Assembly: GCF_009914755.1 (NCBI RefSeq)
Contig: NC_060925.1
Strand: one strand, 5' to 3'
DNA from: the human T2T-CHM13v2.0 reference genome, Homo sapiens
DNA: 64,000 bases
The notes under the pieces were generated by a model, which was not told the origin of the DNA, did not search any database, and saw nothing but the letters and a program-made list of their open reading frames with translations. The position numbers and the translations under genes are program-made. Shown piece by piece: positions 30,138-43,060 of this stretch (the first letter of the stretch is position 1; each line of letters opens with the position of its first letter).

Positions 30138-33008
30138 ATGCTTTTTTGAAGTAATTGACAAGTCTATTGTAAAATTTATGTGGAAATGCAAAGGAACTAT
30201 AATAGGCTGAAAAGGGGCATCAAGATGGAAAGTAACAAATCTTGAAATAACAATCCTGAAAATAACAAAATTGGAGGACTCACACTACCTGATTTCAACA
30301 CTTACTAGAAAGTATAGTAATCAAGAGAAAGTGAAAGTTGCATAATCGCCATGAGAACCTACTAATTTGATGTTACTGTATAAATACTCTTTAAGGTTCA
30401 TTTTAATGTAGTCGATCATTTCTTACCTCAGGACAAATAATAGGCTATCTCTGTTAAAAAACAAAAACAACCAGGGGCCTTACAGCGTACCACAGTATTT
30501 CCCAAAGTAAAATTCATATACACTGGTCTGAAGATCCTTTTAAGTGGTACATGGAAAAATAAGTTCTTTAAAAAATAATTGTGTGTTTAAAAATTATTCT
30601 GTGCTTGAAGTTACAAAGACCATTTTTCTATTAATGATGGTCATATAAAGTTTCCTTCTGACATAAAATGAAGGTTTAAAACAGCAGATGGACTTACGGA
30701 CTAATACAGGAGTGCTAACACCTCATTCGGACATTAGGCAGATTTACACCCTCACCCCCACCTCCGCACTGGCAGAGCAAGAAAACCCGGGCTTCCCCTC
30801 ATCCACACACTCCTTCCCCTCCAGGGCCGAGACTGCTTTCACTACAAAGTCAAAAGTACCAGGAAGGGTGTTTTCCACAGACAGGTAGGCTGGCTCCCAA
30901 CTCACCAATCAGGTAACCGATGGACGGAAAGGCAAGCCAGGGGTTTACCTTAAGGAGGGCCTTCTCTGTGGAAACACGGGGTGTAGGAATCAAGTGTCTC
31001 TGTCTCTGTCTCTCTAACACACACACACACACACACAGGCCATGGACCTCTCAGCATCACCTCTTCCCCAGCCTCCCAGGGCCCAGGTGTTGTTTCTGTG
31101 TCTCTGGAGACCGAATGTAATGGCTACCACCACTCTCTTATGAACAGATTGTGTGGGATCCTGCCACGAATTCGAAGCTCCAAATCAAAGTCCAGGGTAT
31201 GTGCATATGACTGGCAGAATTAAGCAATGAGCCTGTCCCAGGACTGCAAGGGATGCTGTCGAAGTAACTGTATACGATAGCTTTTATTTCTACAGTGGTG
31301 TTCATGTGGTCGTTGGGGTGGGGCTCAGTAACAGAAGACATAGAGGAAAGCATATTGGGCAGACAAAACTAGCATTCTGTAGAGGAGAAAACCGAGTCTC
31401 AGAGCAGTTAGGTAACTTGCTAAAGTCACACAGCAAGTAACTAACTCTGCATTTACAAGATCAAATACTTTTTAATCAAGTTCTGGTATCTAGAGCCTCA
31501 GGAATTCTGGTTCTTATACATGAGAGAGAAAATTTGGGAGAAAATAAAGAAGCAACAACAAGATGCAGGCCTCAAAAACCAAGGAAAAATGATGCTTTAC
31601 TCTGAATCTACAAGGCTTTGTGTGGTCCAAGCCTACACCAGGGAGATGCTCTCCCGACTTGTTCCAGAGGGATGAGTTGTGCAATGTTCGTTTTTGATGG
31701 TGAGGTTAGAATTCCCTGGAAAGCAGTTTTGTTTTTCTTGTGAAGCCAGCACTTTATTGGAATAATTGTCTTGTTTCTATTCAAAGTCCTCTTTACCTCT
31801 GTTCCCATAAGCCTCTGACAATTTTGAGCTTTTTCTGGTTTTTGGAGATTGTACAAAGACACTGGCACTTTGCAGCCTCGTCCCTCGGGTTCTGGGTGTG
31901 CCACACACTCTGAAGCACACACTTTCCATGGTGGCGGTTCTCCTCTGGCCGGCTGCCCAGGCTGTCGCCTTGTCCATCTCTGCCAGCGCTATTGGGAGGC
32001 AGCTGGAGGCCCTGTGCTGGAGAGCTGGCTGGCATCCCCACTTGGCTGGCCCACTCCTGGGGATTCTCAGGACGGTGACCACGAGAACAGGCTGATGTCC
32101 TGAGGATGTGCCCTCCCTTATGTGCACTTTGTCTCATGCTGAGAGTCAATTTCTTACTCCAGTCACAGAAAAGCTGTGTAAGCAATTCAGGCCACTCCTT
32201 GATCTTTTCTCCCCCTAAACGCCTGGCTTCTGAAAGCTCATCATTGCTTCAAGGGCTATTTTTCTGCCATCTTTTGAGAGATTGAGACAATTAGGTCAGT
32301 TTCAGCAGGTAGATACTCTTCCTGCATCTCTACCCAGACCTATCAGAAGTCAAAGGATACATCACCCAGCCCAAACTGCCTTAGGCAGTCACCCAGAACT
32401 GATTCACACAGAACTTACACGTGAAACTCAAGGACAGCAATCCGGAGGGACAGTAGGAGGAGCGGACTGAAAACATATTTGCATGTGGCACTTTATACAA
32501 TAGCCGATGGTAGCAATTGTGCTGCATTCTCACAGTGAGTTTGGCGGTGAGCCACCTGCTTTGAATACAGCCATCCTTTGAAACAGGTTCTATTTTTATC
32601 CCCGCTTCACAGATGAGGAAACTGAGAGACCAATTTCAAGGTCATACAGAGTAAGGGCTGGAACTGGGATTTTAAGCTCAGCAGTCTGGCGCCAGGGTCT
32701 GTCCTCTTTTTCTTGTGTTGATACACGATATTTTCATACTTATAGGATACATGTGACTTCTGTTATGCATAATAAAGGTTGAGAAAATGTCAACTGCCCT
32801 CCCCCAGATCCTTGGTACCACCACTAGAACCCTCCAGGAGCCTTCTCTTTTTCCTGCATTTACCCTCACACACTTGCCTGTTTAATTTAGCCAATGTATT
32901 TCTTTGATTTCAGTTAAAACTCCATTGCTAAGCCTGTTTTCTTATCAATAAAATGGGAATAACGAAGGTATCTGTCTCACACAGGTCTTACAAAACTATA
33001 AGTTCTAA

Positions 33009-33407
<399 letters not shown>

Positions 33408-34744
33408 TGAGACGCCTCTCACTTGGTTAGCCTAGAATTTTCCATTATTGCCTTACCAATACGAGATAAACAGGTTACCATTCTTTCCTGTAGCTCTTAC
33501 TCAGAATTTCAAATTTAGAATGTCACATTCAGTGATTTTGGTCTAAAGAGGACCATTTTTGCCATCACCACAAAGCTTGGGAACCCTTGGCTTTGAGACC
33601 CACAAGAGGGCCCACCCGGCAAAGGATCTGTATCTTGGTCTCAGCATTTTGAGCTCTGCCCACACTTGTGTTAATTCAGATGAACACACAAAAGAAAGTA
33701 CAGTATGTATTCTTTCATTAATGAGTTTACTCATCAGGAAAGGAAGAGAATAAATGGTGCTAATCAGAATAGCCAGTTTTCAGGGAATTAAAAGACATTT
33801 TTGCTTGAATGTGCTAAAAGTTTAAATGAGGAACAATACATTATCTAAGTCAGTAGTTTTTACACTGTATTCAGTGGAGCCCTGGAGTTTTGCCAAGGCA
33901 TGTCAAGGGCAGCTCTGAAGTTCTGAAGTTAGTAATTATCCCTCTGGCTGAATGTTAACTTGAACAGAGTGGAGGAACTCAGGCTGTAAGGCCTGAGGAC
34001 GACTGTGAAACAGCTGTGCCAGAACCTTCACGCTGCCTAAGAGCACATTCAGTTCTGGAGATGTGTGACCTTGGTCAAGTCACTTCCCACCTCTGGCATC
34101 TGTCGTCTTCTCTGTCCAATGAGGAGAATCAATGGCGTGACAATTTAAAAAATCTTTTGGCTCTAAAATTCTGAGACCCTCACATGAATTGCGGTCTCTT
34201 CAATGTTTACTTCCAATAAAAAAAGATTTTTAGGGCTACCTTCATACAACTGTCTTCAAAATTGGCACATCGTTTCTTTGACATTTCTCAGTGATTGCAA
34301 ATCCTAGCCCTTTCAGGATAAATGTGATTTGGGGAAGTGACAGAAAACATCCACTCATTCCAAACCAGGTGTTTCATTCAACTCACCCCACAAGAGCTTA
34401 GTGAGTGCCTTTCAAGAGCTAGACACTGGCAGAGGTGAGACAATAGTGATGAGGCCAAACTTTTCCTTTTTCTCAAGCGGCTCCCAGGCCAGTGATAAGC
34501 TGGTAAAACACATACATGGGTTTCTGGCGTGGTTTTTAGATGTTTCCTAGGTGGGGCCATTGTGACAGGAGATGATGAAATGTTGGAGCCAAGGATCAGA
34601 GAAATTGGTAGTTGCCTTGGAAACAAGAAGACTTGTCTCTTGTATCTACCATTTTGAAGTCTGATAAGTATCCTCTGACTCAAGAGACCATAAGGCCTGA
34701 AGCTGTAAGCAGTCCTTTCTCCTATTCTCACCCCTTTGGGGAGT

Positions 34745-34865
34745 CACTCTCTAGCCCCTCACCATAATTTTTTCTTCATAAACTCATTGTCCTTTTCATT
34801 TACTTTATTTTCTATCTTCTTTACTACATTTTGTCCATTTGTCCACTACAACCACTGCAGGTCCT
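34745..34865 (+). repeat. Direct copy of 37157-37277
   Basis: cactctcta.cccctcaccataattttttcttcataaactcattgtcctttt...gtccactacaacc...caggtcct is present at both places. Confidence 0.93.
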
Positions 34866-35204
34866 TTAAGTACCTTCAACTCCCAGATCCCTTTGGTAGC
34901 TGGCTGGTTGGCAGGTGAATGTTGTTTGCAAGGGTATCTGAGTCAGCCTTCATAGCAGCCATATAACACCCACTTGGTTCAAATAGATAATTGTGCATAG
35001 TTAGGAGAGTCAGTCTGTATCGCAGAAATCAGGCTAATCTAGGTTCAAATCCCAGGCCCATCTAACTTGCTCTGTGGCTTTGGGCAAGCCACTTAAATGA
35101 AATTATAGATATTTTGCAAGGTTGCCATATGGATAAGGAATCACATATATAGAGCACTCAGTATATGTTAATGCCTAGTGAGGGTTCAAAAAGTGGTGGT
35201 TCTG

Positions 35205-35497
35205 ACTAGGTGCGATAGCTCACACCTGTAATCCCAGCACTTTGGGAGGCTGAGGCGGTCGGATCACTTGAGGTCAGGAGTTCGAGACCAGCCTGGTCAA
35301 CATAGTGAAATCCTATCTCTATTAAAAATACAAAAATTAGCAGGGTATGGTGGCGCACGCCTATAATCCCAACTACTAGGATGGCTGAGGCAGGAGAACT
35401 GCTTGAACCCAGGAGACAAAAGTTGCAGTGTCCCAAGATTGCACCACTGCACTCCAGCCTGGATGACACAGTAAAACTCTGTCTCGAAAAAGAAAAA
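35205..35497 (+). mobile_element. Alu (S-like)
   Basis: Full dimer; TSD-like aaaagtg(g/t)tggttct. Confidence 0.93.
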
Positions 35498-35851
35498 GTG
35501 TTGGTTCTTTTTATTATTAGGACTGCAAGGATGATACCAGTGTTCATATAGCTTATTAGAGAGCTGGCCTGGACCAGTCCTCTTTGAGGTGTTGCTGGAA
35601 CTTGAAGGAACCACTGTTGAGCTGAGCAGAAGCTTACAGATACACCCTAGGGGAGTATGTGGCTTGGATGGGGCTCCTGGAGACAGCGAGCCACCAGGAA
35701 CCACAGAAGGAAGGTGGGGTGAAGTTGAGTCAGCAGTCTGGCCAGACCAGTTGATGGAAGAAAGACCTGAACTGGATTCAAGAGACAAACTTTCATTGCC
35801 TCAGGTTAAAGATGGTCTCAAAGGTTGACATTAGAAAATGTAAAAAGGTGA

Positions 35852-36025
35852 AGCCAGGCATGGTGGCAGGTGCCTGTAATCCCAGTTACTTGGGAGGCTG
35901 ATGTGGAAGGACTGCTTAAGGCCAGGAGTTCAATGCTGCAGTGCACTATGTTCTCACCTGTGAACAGCCACTGCACTCCAGCCTGGGCAACATAGTGAGA
36001 CCCTGTCTCAAAAATTTTTTTAAAA
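35852..36025 (+). mobile_element. Alu monomer (FAM/FRAM-like)
   Basis: gccaggcatggtggcaggtgcctgtaatcccag...cactgcactccagcctgggcaacatagtgagaccc. Confidence 0.8.
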
Positions 36026-36839
36026 AGAGTAATTGTAGGAAGGTGAATGAATGGATGTCCACTTTCCATTGACCTACTTGATTAAATGAATAATCTACAT
36101 TTAAAAAGCCACTTAATCACCACCAGGGCCATTAAGACATATGAAAATCTCAACAGTTGAAAGAGGTCTATGGTGCATATGATAAATTTGGAAGTGGAAA
36201 TTGGTGAATGATCCTCTAAAAACGAATGGGGTCTTCCTTGTACATACACATGTGGAGGTAAGGATCTGACAGCTCGGAGGTTGCAAACTGGAGACCACTG
36301 CTGTCACATATATTTTGTTTAACTTGAACAATGTTTTAAAATAAGATTTCACCTGAATTTCTGGTTTTTCTCAAATATTAAAAAGATGGAGCCACACATT
36401 CTTCCATAGCAACAGTATGCCTGCATCAAGTACCCACTGTCTCCTGCGGCTATTTAGTGGGGTAGGGGACTTCAGAAAAGGTTGCTAAAACCAAGAAACT
36501 ACTTTTTAGGGGTTTCAGGCTATTTGCCACTCCCTCCTTGAAATGCTTTCTTGGTTTTTATACACTGCTTCAGCCTTGTTTTCCTCCCACTTCTCCAACT
36601 GCTCTTTTTCATTCCCTTCTACAAAAGTCCTTCCTCCTCTGCTGTCCCCAGATTCTAGGAATCTCAGGGCTCTATTTTAGATCTTCTCTCTTCCCTATTC
36701 CACACAGTTTTCTTGGTAAACCTCATCTCTCAAGGTTTTGAGTCCCAGCCAAATGCTGCTTATGTCCATGGTAGGTGTGCAGTACATATGGGATTGGTTG
36801 AATCGTGCAGAAACATGAGATAGGAGGATTCTGGGGTGA

Positions 36840-36975
36840 TTTTGTTTTGTTTTTGAGACAGGGTCTCCTCTGTTGCCCAGGCTGGTCTCAAAGTTCTGGG
36901 CACAAGCGATCCTCCCAACCTCAGCTTCTTGAGGAGGAGATGCGATTATAGGTGTGCACCACTATGCCCCACCTC
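36840..36975 (-). mobile_element. Alu monomer (FLAM-like)
   Basis: gagacagggtctc...gttgcccaggctggtctcaaa. Confidence 0.8.
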
Positions 36976-37156
36976 GTGTGTATTTTTCATGTTCTCTTCT
37001 TTCGCTGACCTAAACTACTTATTTTTAAAAGCATAATGCTTATTTTGGAAACTTATGAAAATACTGACATATACAAATAAGGAAATAGCAATTGCCTACA
37101 ATCCAAGATAACCACTGTTAGTATTTTGGCTATTTAACTCACTCCATGATTTCCAC

Positions 37157-37340
37157 CACTCTCTATCCCCTCACCATAATTTTTTCTTCATAAACTCATT
37201 GTCCTTTTTACTTACTACTTTATTTTCTATCTTCTTTACCACATTTTGTCCATCTGTCCACTACAACCCCAGGTCCTATAATAGTGCCTGGCATACAGAA
37301 GGCATGCACGCCCTTAATCTTTGTTGAATAAATGAGTCAA
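37157..37340 (+). mobile_element. L2 3' end
   Basis: atagtgcctggcatacagaaggca...tttgttgaataaatgag tail. Confidence 0.6.
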
Positions 37341-37445
37341 TGTCATTATATATATGTGTGTGTATATATATATAATGTGTATGTATATATGTGTATGGAG
37401 AGAGTGAGCAAGCGCTGGATCATAATTTATACACAATTCTAGAGT

Positions 37446-37451
37446 TTTATT
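37446..37451 (-). terminator. EDEM3: Distal alternative AATAAA polyadenylation signal
   Basis: TTTATT on + strand about 260 nt beyond the first signal. Confidence 0.45.
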
Positions 37452-37689
37452 CACTTAGCATTACCTTTGTGCATGCTACTGACTTGTTGAAAAACTTTCA
37501 GTGATTTCTTAGAACAAAATCCTTACTTTAGCCCACAAGCTTGGGTTTCTACAGCCTAAAATGTCCCCAGAATTCAATCCCCGGAGGATAAAATGAGTTT
37601 AAAAAAAAAAGGAAAACAGAGTGATAAACATCAAGACATAAAAGTATGAGGATATGCACAGTGATTCTAAAAATTCAAATTAAAACTAA

Positions 37690-40600
37690 ACTGGAATATT
37701 TACATATTTTATTAAATCTTTACAATCAGTAATTATAATCAAATACATAATTATATACAGGATTATATACATTTTGCCCAGACTTTTACATCACAGTACA
37801 TAGTTTCCCTTAGAAATATTGTATACATTTATCACCAAACAATAAAATCCAACAACAGTAGTGTTACAGCACCTGTTAGTACAGACATCTTTTTCATAAA
37901 TTACATCATAAGAAAATATACGGCTGTAAATTGGGCTTTTAAAAATGTCTTTTATAAAATCTGAACATACAATATTTCATTCACAGAATGTTTTTTTTTT
38001 CTATGTTCTGACTGAAGCCTTGTGCATAAAACGACCGGCTGGAATATTTACTAAATTCTACCCCCCTCTAAAATTATAAGCAGTATTTGAATTACTTATG
38101 CTGAGCTTTCTTCATGATGAATTTGGCATGGGGTTTGGTGAGAGAACAAATGTTGGCTTTACTATAAAAAAGGTTGTGTGATGGTAATTTAAATTTTAAA
38201 AGCTTCTTGAGAGAGTAATTACATTAGTGAAGTTAAAATCAGAAAGTGTACAATTTTTCTTTTTACTAATACTGTAAAGAAAAAGGGAGACGTATAATGC
38301 CAAGAGTTAATTTGTTCTGAAACAATTATACTCTTTTTGGAAGCCTATTGCAATTTAAGAAGAAAAAAGAAAACTTGCCTAACAAAATATCCCATACCAA
38401 ACATATCTAGTAAATTACAATTCTTTCACACTTAAAACTTTATGGGAAAAGTATTGCAAATAAGGGCATATCATTTCAATGAACTTTTATATGCAGAAAA
38501 AAACTAGCTATTTTATTTTTAGTAGGTAAACAGGTTAAGTTTTAAAACTTGAAAATACCTGAATTAAATACTTGCTCTAATATCTCTTAAAGGATTTCAG
38601 CTAAAATCCTTGATTCCAGATTTGTAAACATTATATAAATCTTTCTTAAACAATTTTATGGCTGTGGTGATCACTTCAGCTATATTTCTAAGCAGTCAAC
38701 ATTTAACTGAGGTAGACCAGATGTTTCTAAATTCGGGGTTTCATAGAATCCCCTGAATCTTTAGCAAGTTACTAAAATGTCTATAAAAGTTAACTAAAAA
38801 ACAAAACACTAAAAAAAAAAAAAACAACTAATGCCTTTGGAATTTTTAATGAACTCAAAAACTACTTTGTGGCAGTATGTCAAGTAAGTAAATGAATGTA
38901 GAGTTGTAATTACAACGTTGGAGTTTTTTAGACGAACATTATCTCCTCTTTTCTTAACTAGGGAAATATTGAGTATAATTCCTTCTGGGTATTAAGAAAA
39001 ATTGGTTAAATTTTTTCCTTTTCTTTTTTTAAGGATTTACTTTTCTTAACAAGTGAACAATTTGCTTCTAAGCGTCAATGAAAGGCAACACCTCCCTCTA
39101 ATGGCCAAAGGAAGAGAGTGGCAGTAAGCTGGCTTTTCCAATGTGTCACACAATCCTTCATGCCATTAAGTTCTCCTTGTTGGAAAAGAAATTAGGTTGT
39201 TTTGATAACTTAGAAAAGTTAGTTTTAGACAACAGTGACTTTCAGCTACAAATACAAAATCAAATCCATGTATATAAGGCTTCTGTAATCGATGTCTTAG
39301 AGGAACATCTGCTCATTTTCTCCAAGCCCCAGTCCTATAAATCAAGGCAAGTCAAGTAATTAAGCTTCAACTATTTTGGCAGCTTTGCAATTAAAATGAA
39401 CAAAGCACTATATCTATCCTTCCATATACTGTATATATTATAGTTCTATCTTGTTACACCAAATCTCACATGCAGAGAGACTAAAAATATCCATTTTGGT
39501 TTCAGGTATAATTAAAAGCCAATAAGGGTCTTGCATACTATTCTTTTTCCCCTCCCCAAAGTGAATTCTCCATCAGATTTACTACTCCCTGACTCAATTA
39601 TATTTACCTGGAATATCTGAATGCAGGTATTTATCCTCTCAGAAAAGAATATGTTTACCTGGGATCTAAACATACTGTACACGAATATACATAACTGCAA
39701 TACAGCACTGCTGTTTTTAACAGCTCCACTTACACCTCATCAGTACCTCACAACCGTGTTTTAGGAAAAAGTTTTGTGTAATGTTATGGTAAAGAGAAGA
39801 AAATTATGTCTCTTAAATATTCCTTTAGAACAAATTCAGGCAAGTTTAAAAAATAAATAAAATGAATAAAGCCATGATTTCAACAACAGGGCTGTCTACA
39901 AACATCAACAACAAAATTTAAAAATTTTTAAGACTTAAATGTGGCCAGCACCAGACTACTACAACAACAACAAACCAAAAAAAAAAAGGGGGGGGGTGGA
40001 AGTCTCATTAAGCTATATAGCTATATGTAGTTGTATTGTACTTTTTTTTTTAAACACAGGTCACCATACACTAATTTTCAAGTCCGTATCAGAAGGAATA
40101 TCTGTTAAAAACAAAAACAAAAACCATGATTCAACAGAAAATGTGACAGATTCCTTAGGTGCAACTTTAGAAACCTAAGTTTCAAAGGAGAAAAACAGTA
40201 GTTACTCCAGGAATTTTAACTCACTAACCACAGTTCTATCATGGCTCTGTAAGACAGAAAAATGGAACAAAATGTATATAGCTGTTGGCGATACGAGCCT
40301 TGTGGCTCAAATTGCATACCAAACATGGGATGGAGTAAGGCTGATGGCTAGAGGTAATCACCTCTAAGAGAAATGAACTGGAAATGATTTATAATCTACC
40401 CTACAAGGATATAATGCTAGGTTCCATTTCAGAGTAGTCACAGCTTTCCCTATGGAAGGCCCAATGGGAGGTTCATATTGCAACATTACAGTTTCTCCCT
40501 TACTCCATTTTTCAGAAGTATTAAGTAAGCAATCTCCACAATGTATTATATGACCTTTTTACCTGGTCCCACTGATTAGTCTTTATGCAGAGAACTCACT

Positions 40601-41251
40601 GAGAAAGTACACTGGCTTCACCTTTGGTTTAAATAAAAAAGACATTGTTAAGAAGGAAAAAAAATCAAGTCATCTTGATCATTTGTCACTAAATGAAACA
40701 AGAGAAAGCAATGAGCAAAGACTGTTTTCACCATAAATGCATTTGCTTCATAACCACTTAGGTCACTTAGAGTGTTTTGTGAAGGCAGCATAATCAGAAT
40801 GCCACAATACTCGGATGCATCTTCCCAAAAGAGCCTCTAACCCCCAAAACCAAGAAAGGCGAGCTTCCTTTAATTAGAAGGCTATCCAAACTCCTATTCC
40901 CCACTCCACTACTAAATGAATTTTGTTTCTTGTCTATCCAGAGACAACAGAAATCTGGTTCGCAGGAATGCTCAGTAATCTTTCCCTGGCCTGAGGTGTT
41001 GCAGGGTGGTGCAGTGCTGCATTTGAAGGGGGAACTGTGGATTTCCATTTTTGATGGGACAGTTTTAAACAAGGTCAATTCTAACACAGCATGCTCCAGA
41101 TTCCTACGATAACTACGCCAGTCAGAACGTGGTTGTTCATCACCATACTTAAAGCCTCCCATTAGAAAGCCTGCTTAGTATTAGGATGTCTATTAACCAC
41201 ACACAGTTTACCTTTTCTTTTTAAATACCTACCAACAGATTGTTTAGCAAG
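37690..41251 (-). other. EDEM3: EDEM3 3'UTR (~3.6 kb; ~3.8 kb if the 37446 signal is used)
   Basis: Repeat-free, AU-rich stretch from the stop codon to AATAAA hexamers; repeats resume left of ~37340. The cleavage site is inferred. Confidence 0.8.
37708..37713 (-). terminator. EDEM3: Polyadenylation signal AATAAA (probable main EDEM3 PAS)
   Basis: TTTATT on + strand, with upstream UGUA elements and U-rich sequence downstream. Confidence 0.7.
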
Positions 41252-41661
41252 TCATAGCTCATCCTTCTCCATCATTTCAAATGCTTCTATATCTTCATTC
41301 CAGTCTGCTAATATGGAGTCTATAGGCTGGACCTTTTTACCCCAGCTAACATTAGGATTGGAATCTTCCTCAGTTTCTGATTGTTCTTGAAGCTGGTTAT
41401 CTAAATCTGTACATTCACCATTAAGATTTGTAGTCTCATGGTTTTCTGTGGGATTAGAAGTCTGTTCAGAAGGGGAAATGCTTGCAGCATTGTCCATATC
41501 TGCTAGAGATAATGATTCTGGGTGAGAATTTAGAGAATTTTCCTCAGAAGACTCTTGATCAACCAAATCAACCTCCTGAGAACTTGATGAAATCTGTTCA
41601 CCACTCTGATTCTGAGAATCATTTTCAGAGGATGGTTGTTCTTCATTTTCCATTTCAGGAT
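41252..41661 (-). CDS. EDEM3: EDEM3 terminal coding exon: acidic low-complexity tail ending MEKDEL-stop (ER retrieval signal)
   Basis: Acceptor tttctttctcatacag|ATCCTGAAATG (AG at 41663-41662). Phase-1 join with the exon ending at 50000 gives [12 protein letters not shown]...[10 protein letters not shown]; TGA at 41254-41252. Recognised as the EDEM3 C-terminus. Confidence 0.97.
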
Positions 41662-42619
41662 CTGTATGAGAAAGAAACAAACCTCATGCTACTTCTCTAA
41701 AAAAATGTACTATTACACTTTCCAAAGCATATTGGTTTTTGCAACAAGATGAAATAAAACGTGAAAGAGACTCATGTTAATGCAGAAAGGTGAGCATCAG
41801 CACTGAAATGAAGACTGTCTTTATGCAGTCACATTTTCCTATAGATTCACTGTGCAAAATGTGTCAGTGTTAGAAAATAAACGTTCTTCCAAATTGGAAG
41901 GAATGACAATAACTAAGACTGACATCAGTGGACATTAGTAAGCCAAGAAGTACGCTAACCAATAATAATATTAAAATATATAGAGATTTGCAATGTATGG
42001 CTAAAATGTATTAGATACCTAAAGCTTATGCATAAGAACATATTAAACAGAATCAATTTTAAACAGCATATATCATTGCTATATTTTCAAATAATATTCC
42101 TTTGAAAAGTGAAATTCCTACTCAGTAAGTCATAAAGAAGCAGATAACATAGATTTTTTTGAATGACTAAGGGTATTAATGTGACTGATCAGAAATACTT
42201 TCACAAGACAAGAACTGAGATTATTCATAAAATTCTATTATTTTAGGCCTATGAATTATAAGATATAGTCATTTTAAAATCCACTGGAAGGCTGAAGAGT
42301 GAGTTAAACCTCTTATAATGAATATACAGTGAAACCAGTAGAGGCATTTTATTTAGGGTTCCTACAAGAAAGTGCTTAAATAGCATCGACGCCTACATGC
42401 TACATCCTGTTCAGTCTCTGCCTCTGTGATGCAGTTGGCCAGCAAATATCCTCCAAGTCATCATTTGCATAGTGCTAGGGATAAAATGAGGAGCAATACC
42501 AAATGCTATACCTGCCCTTATGGGTCTTATAGTCCAACGGGAGAAAAAGATATTATACAAATAATCACGGAAAATAAATAGAAAACTCAACTGTGACACG
42601 TTATGAAAGAGAGATAAGG

Positions 42620-42901
42620 ATTTTGGATGCTCAAGTCCCTTATGTAAAATGACACAGTATTTGCATATAACTGACACACATCCTCCCATGTACTTTAAAT
42701 CATCTCTTGATTACTTTATAATACCTAATACAACGTAAATGTTATGCAAATCATTGGTATACTGTATTGTTTGGAGAATAATGACAAGAAAAAAAATCTC
42801 TGTATGTTCAATACAGATGCTTTTTTCTTCTTGAATATTTCCTATCCACAGTTGGTTGAATCCATGGGTGCAGAACCCACAGATACAGAGGGAGAACTGT
42901 A
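42620..42901 (+). mobile_element. MER2-like Tigger MITE
   Basis: ggatgctcaagtcccttat...gttggttgaatccatgggtgcagaacccacagatacagaggg...actgta. Confidence 0.8.
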
Positions 42902-43060
42902 AGGAGATTTGAGAAGTTTCTTCAAAAAGTTCCTTCAGAAAGTGACACTTGAGCTGGGGTTTAAAGTATAAGATAATGTCAAAGAAGGGAGGGAAGAGGA
43001 TTTATTTAAAAACCAGAAAAAACAAAGGAAATGTAGACATGCAGGAAGGTGTGGTGGGTA

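Noticed and set aside
41662-41680. ATG-initiated start (MFLSHT) of the 142-aa KDEL ORF as a separate gene
   Set aside because: These codons are the intron pyrimidine tract and acceptor; the ORF is EDEM3's last exon.
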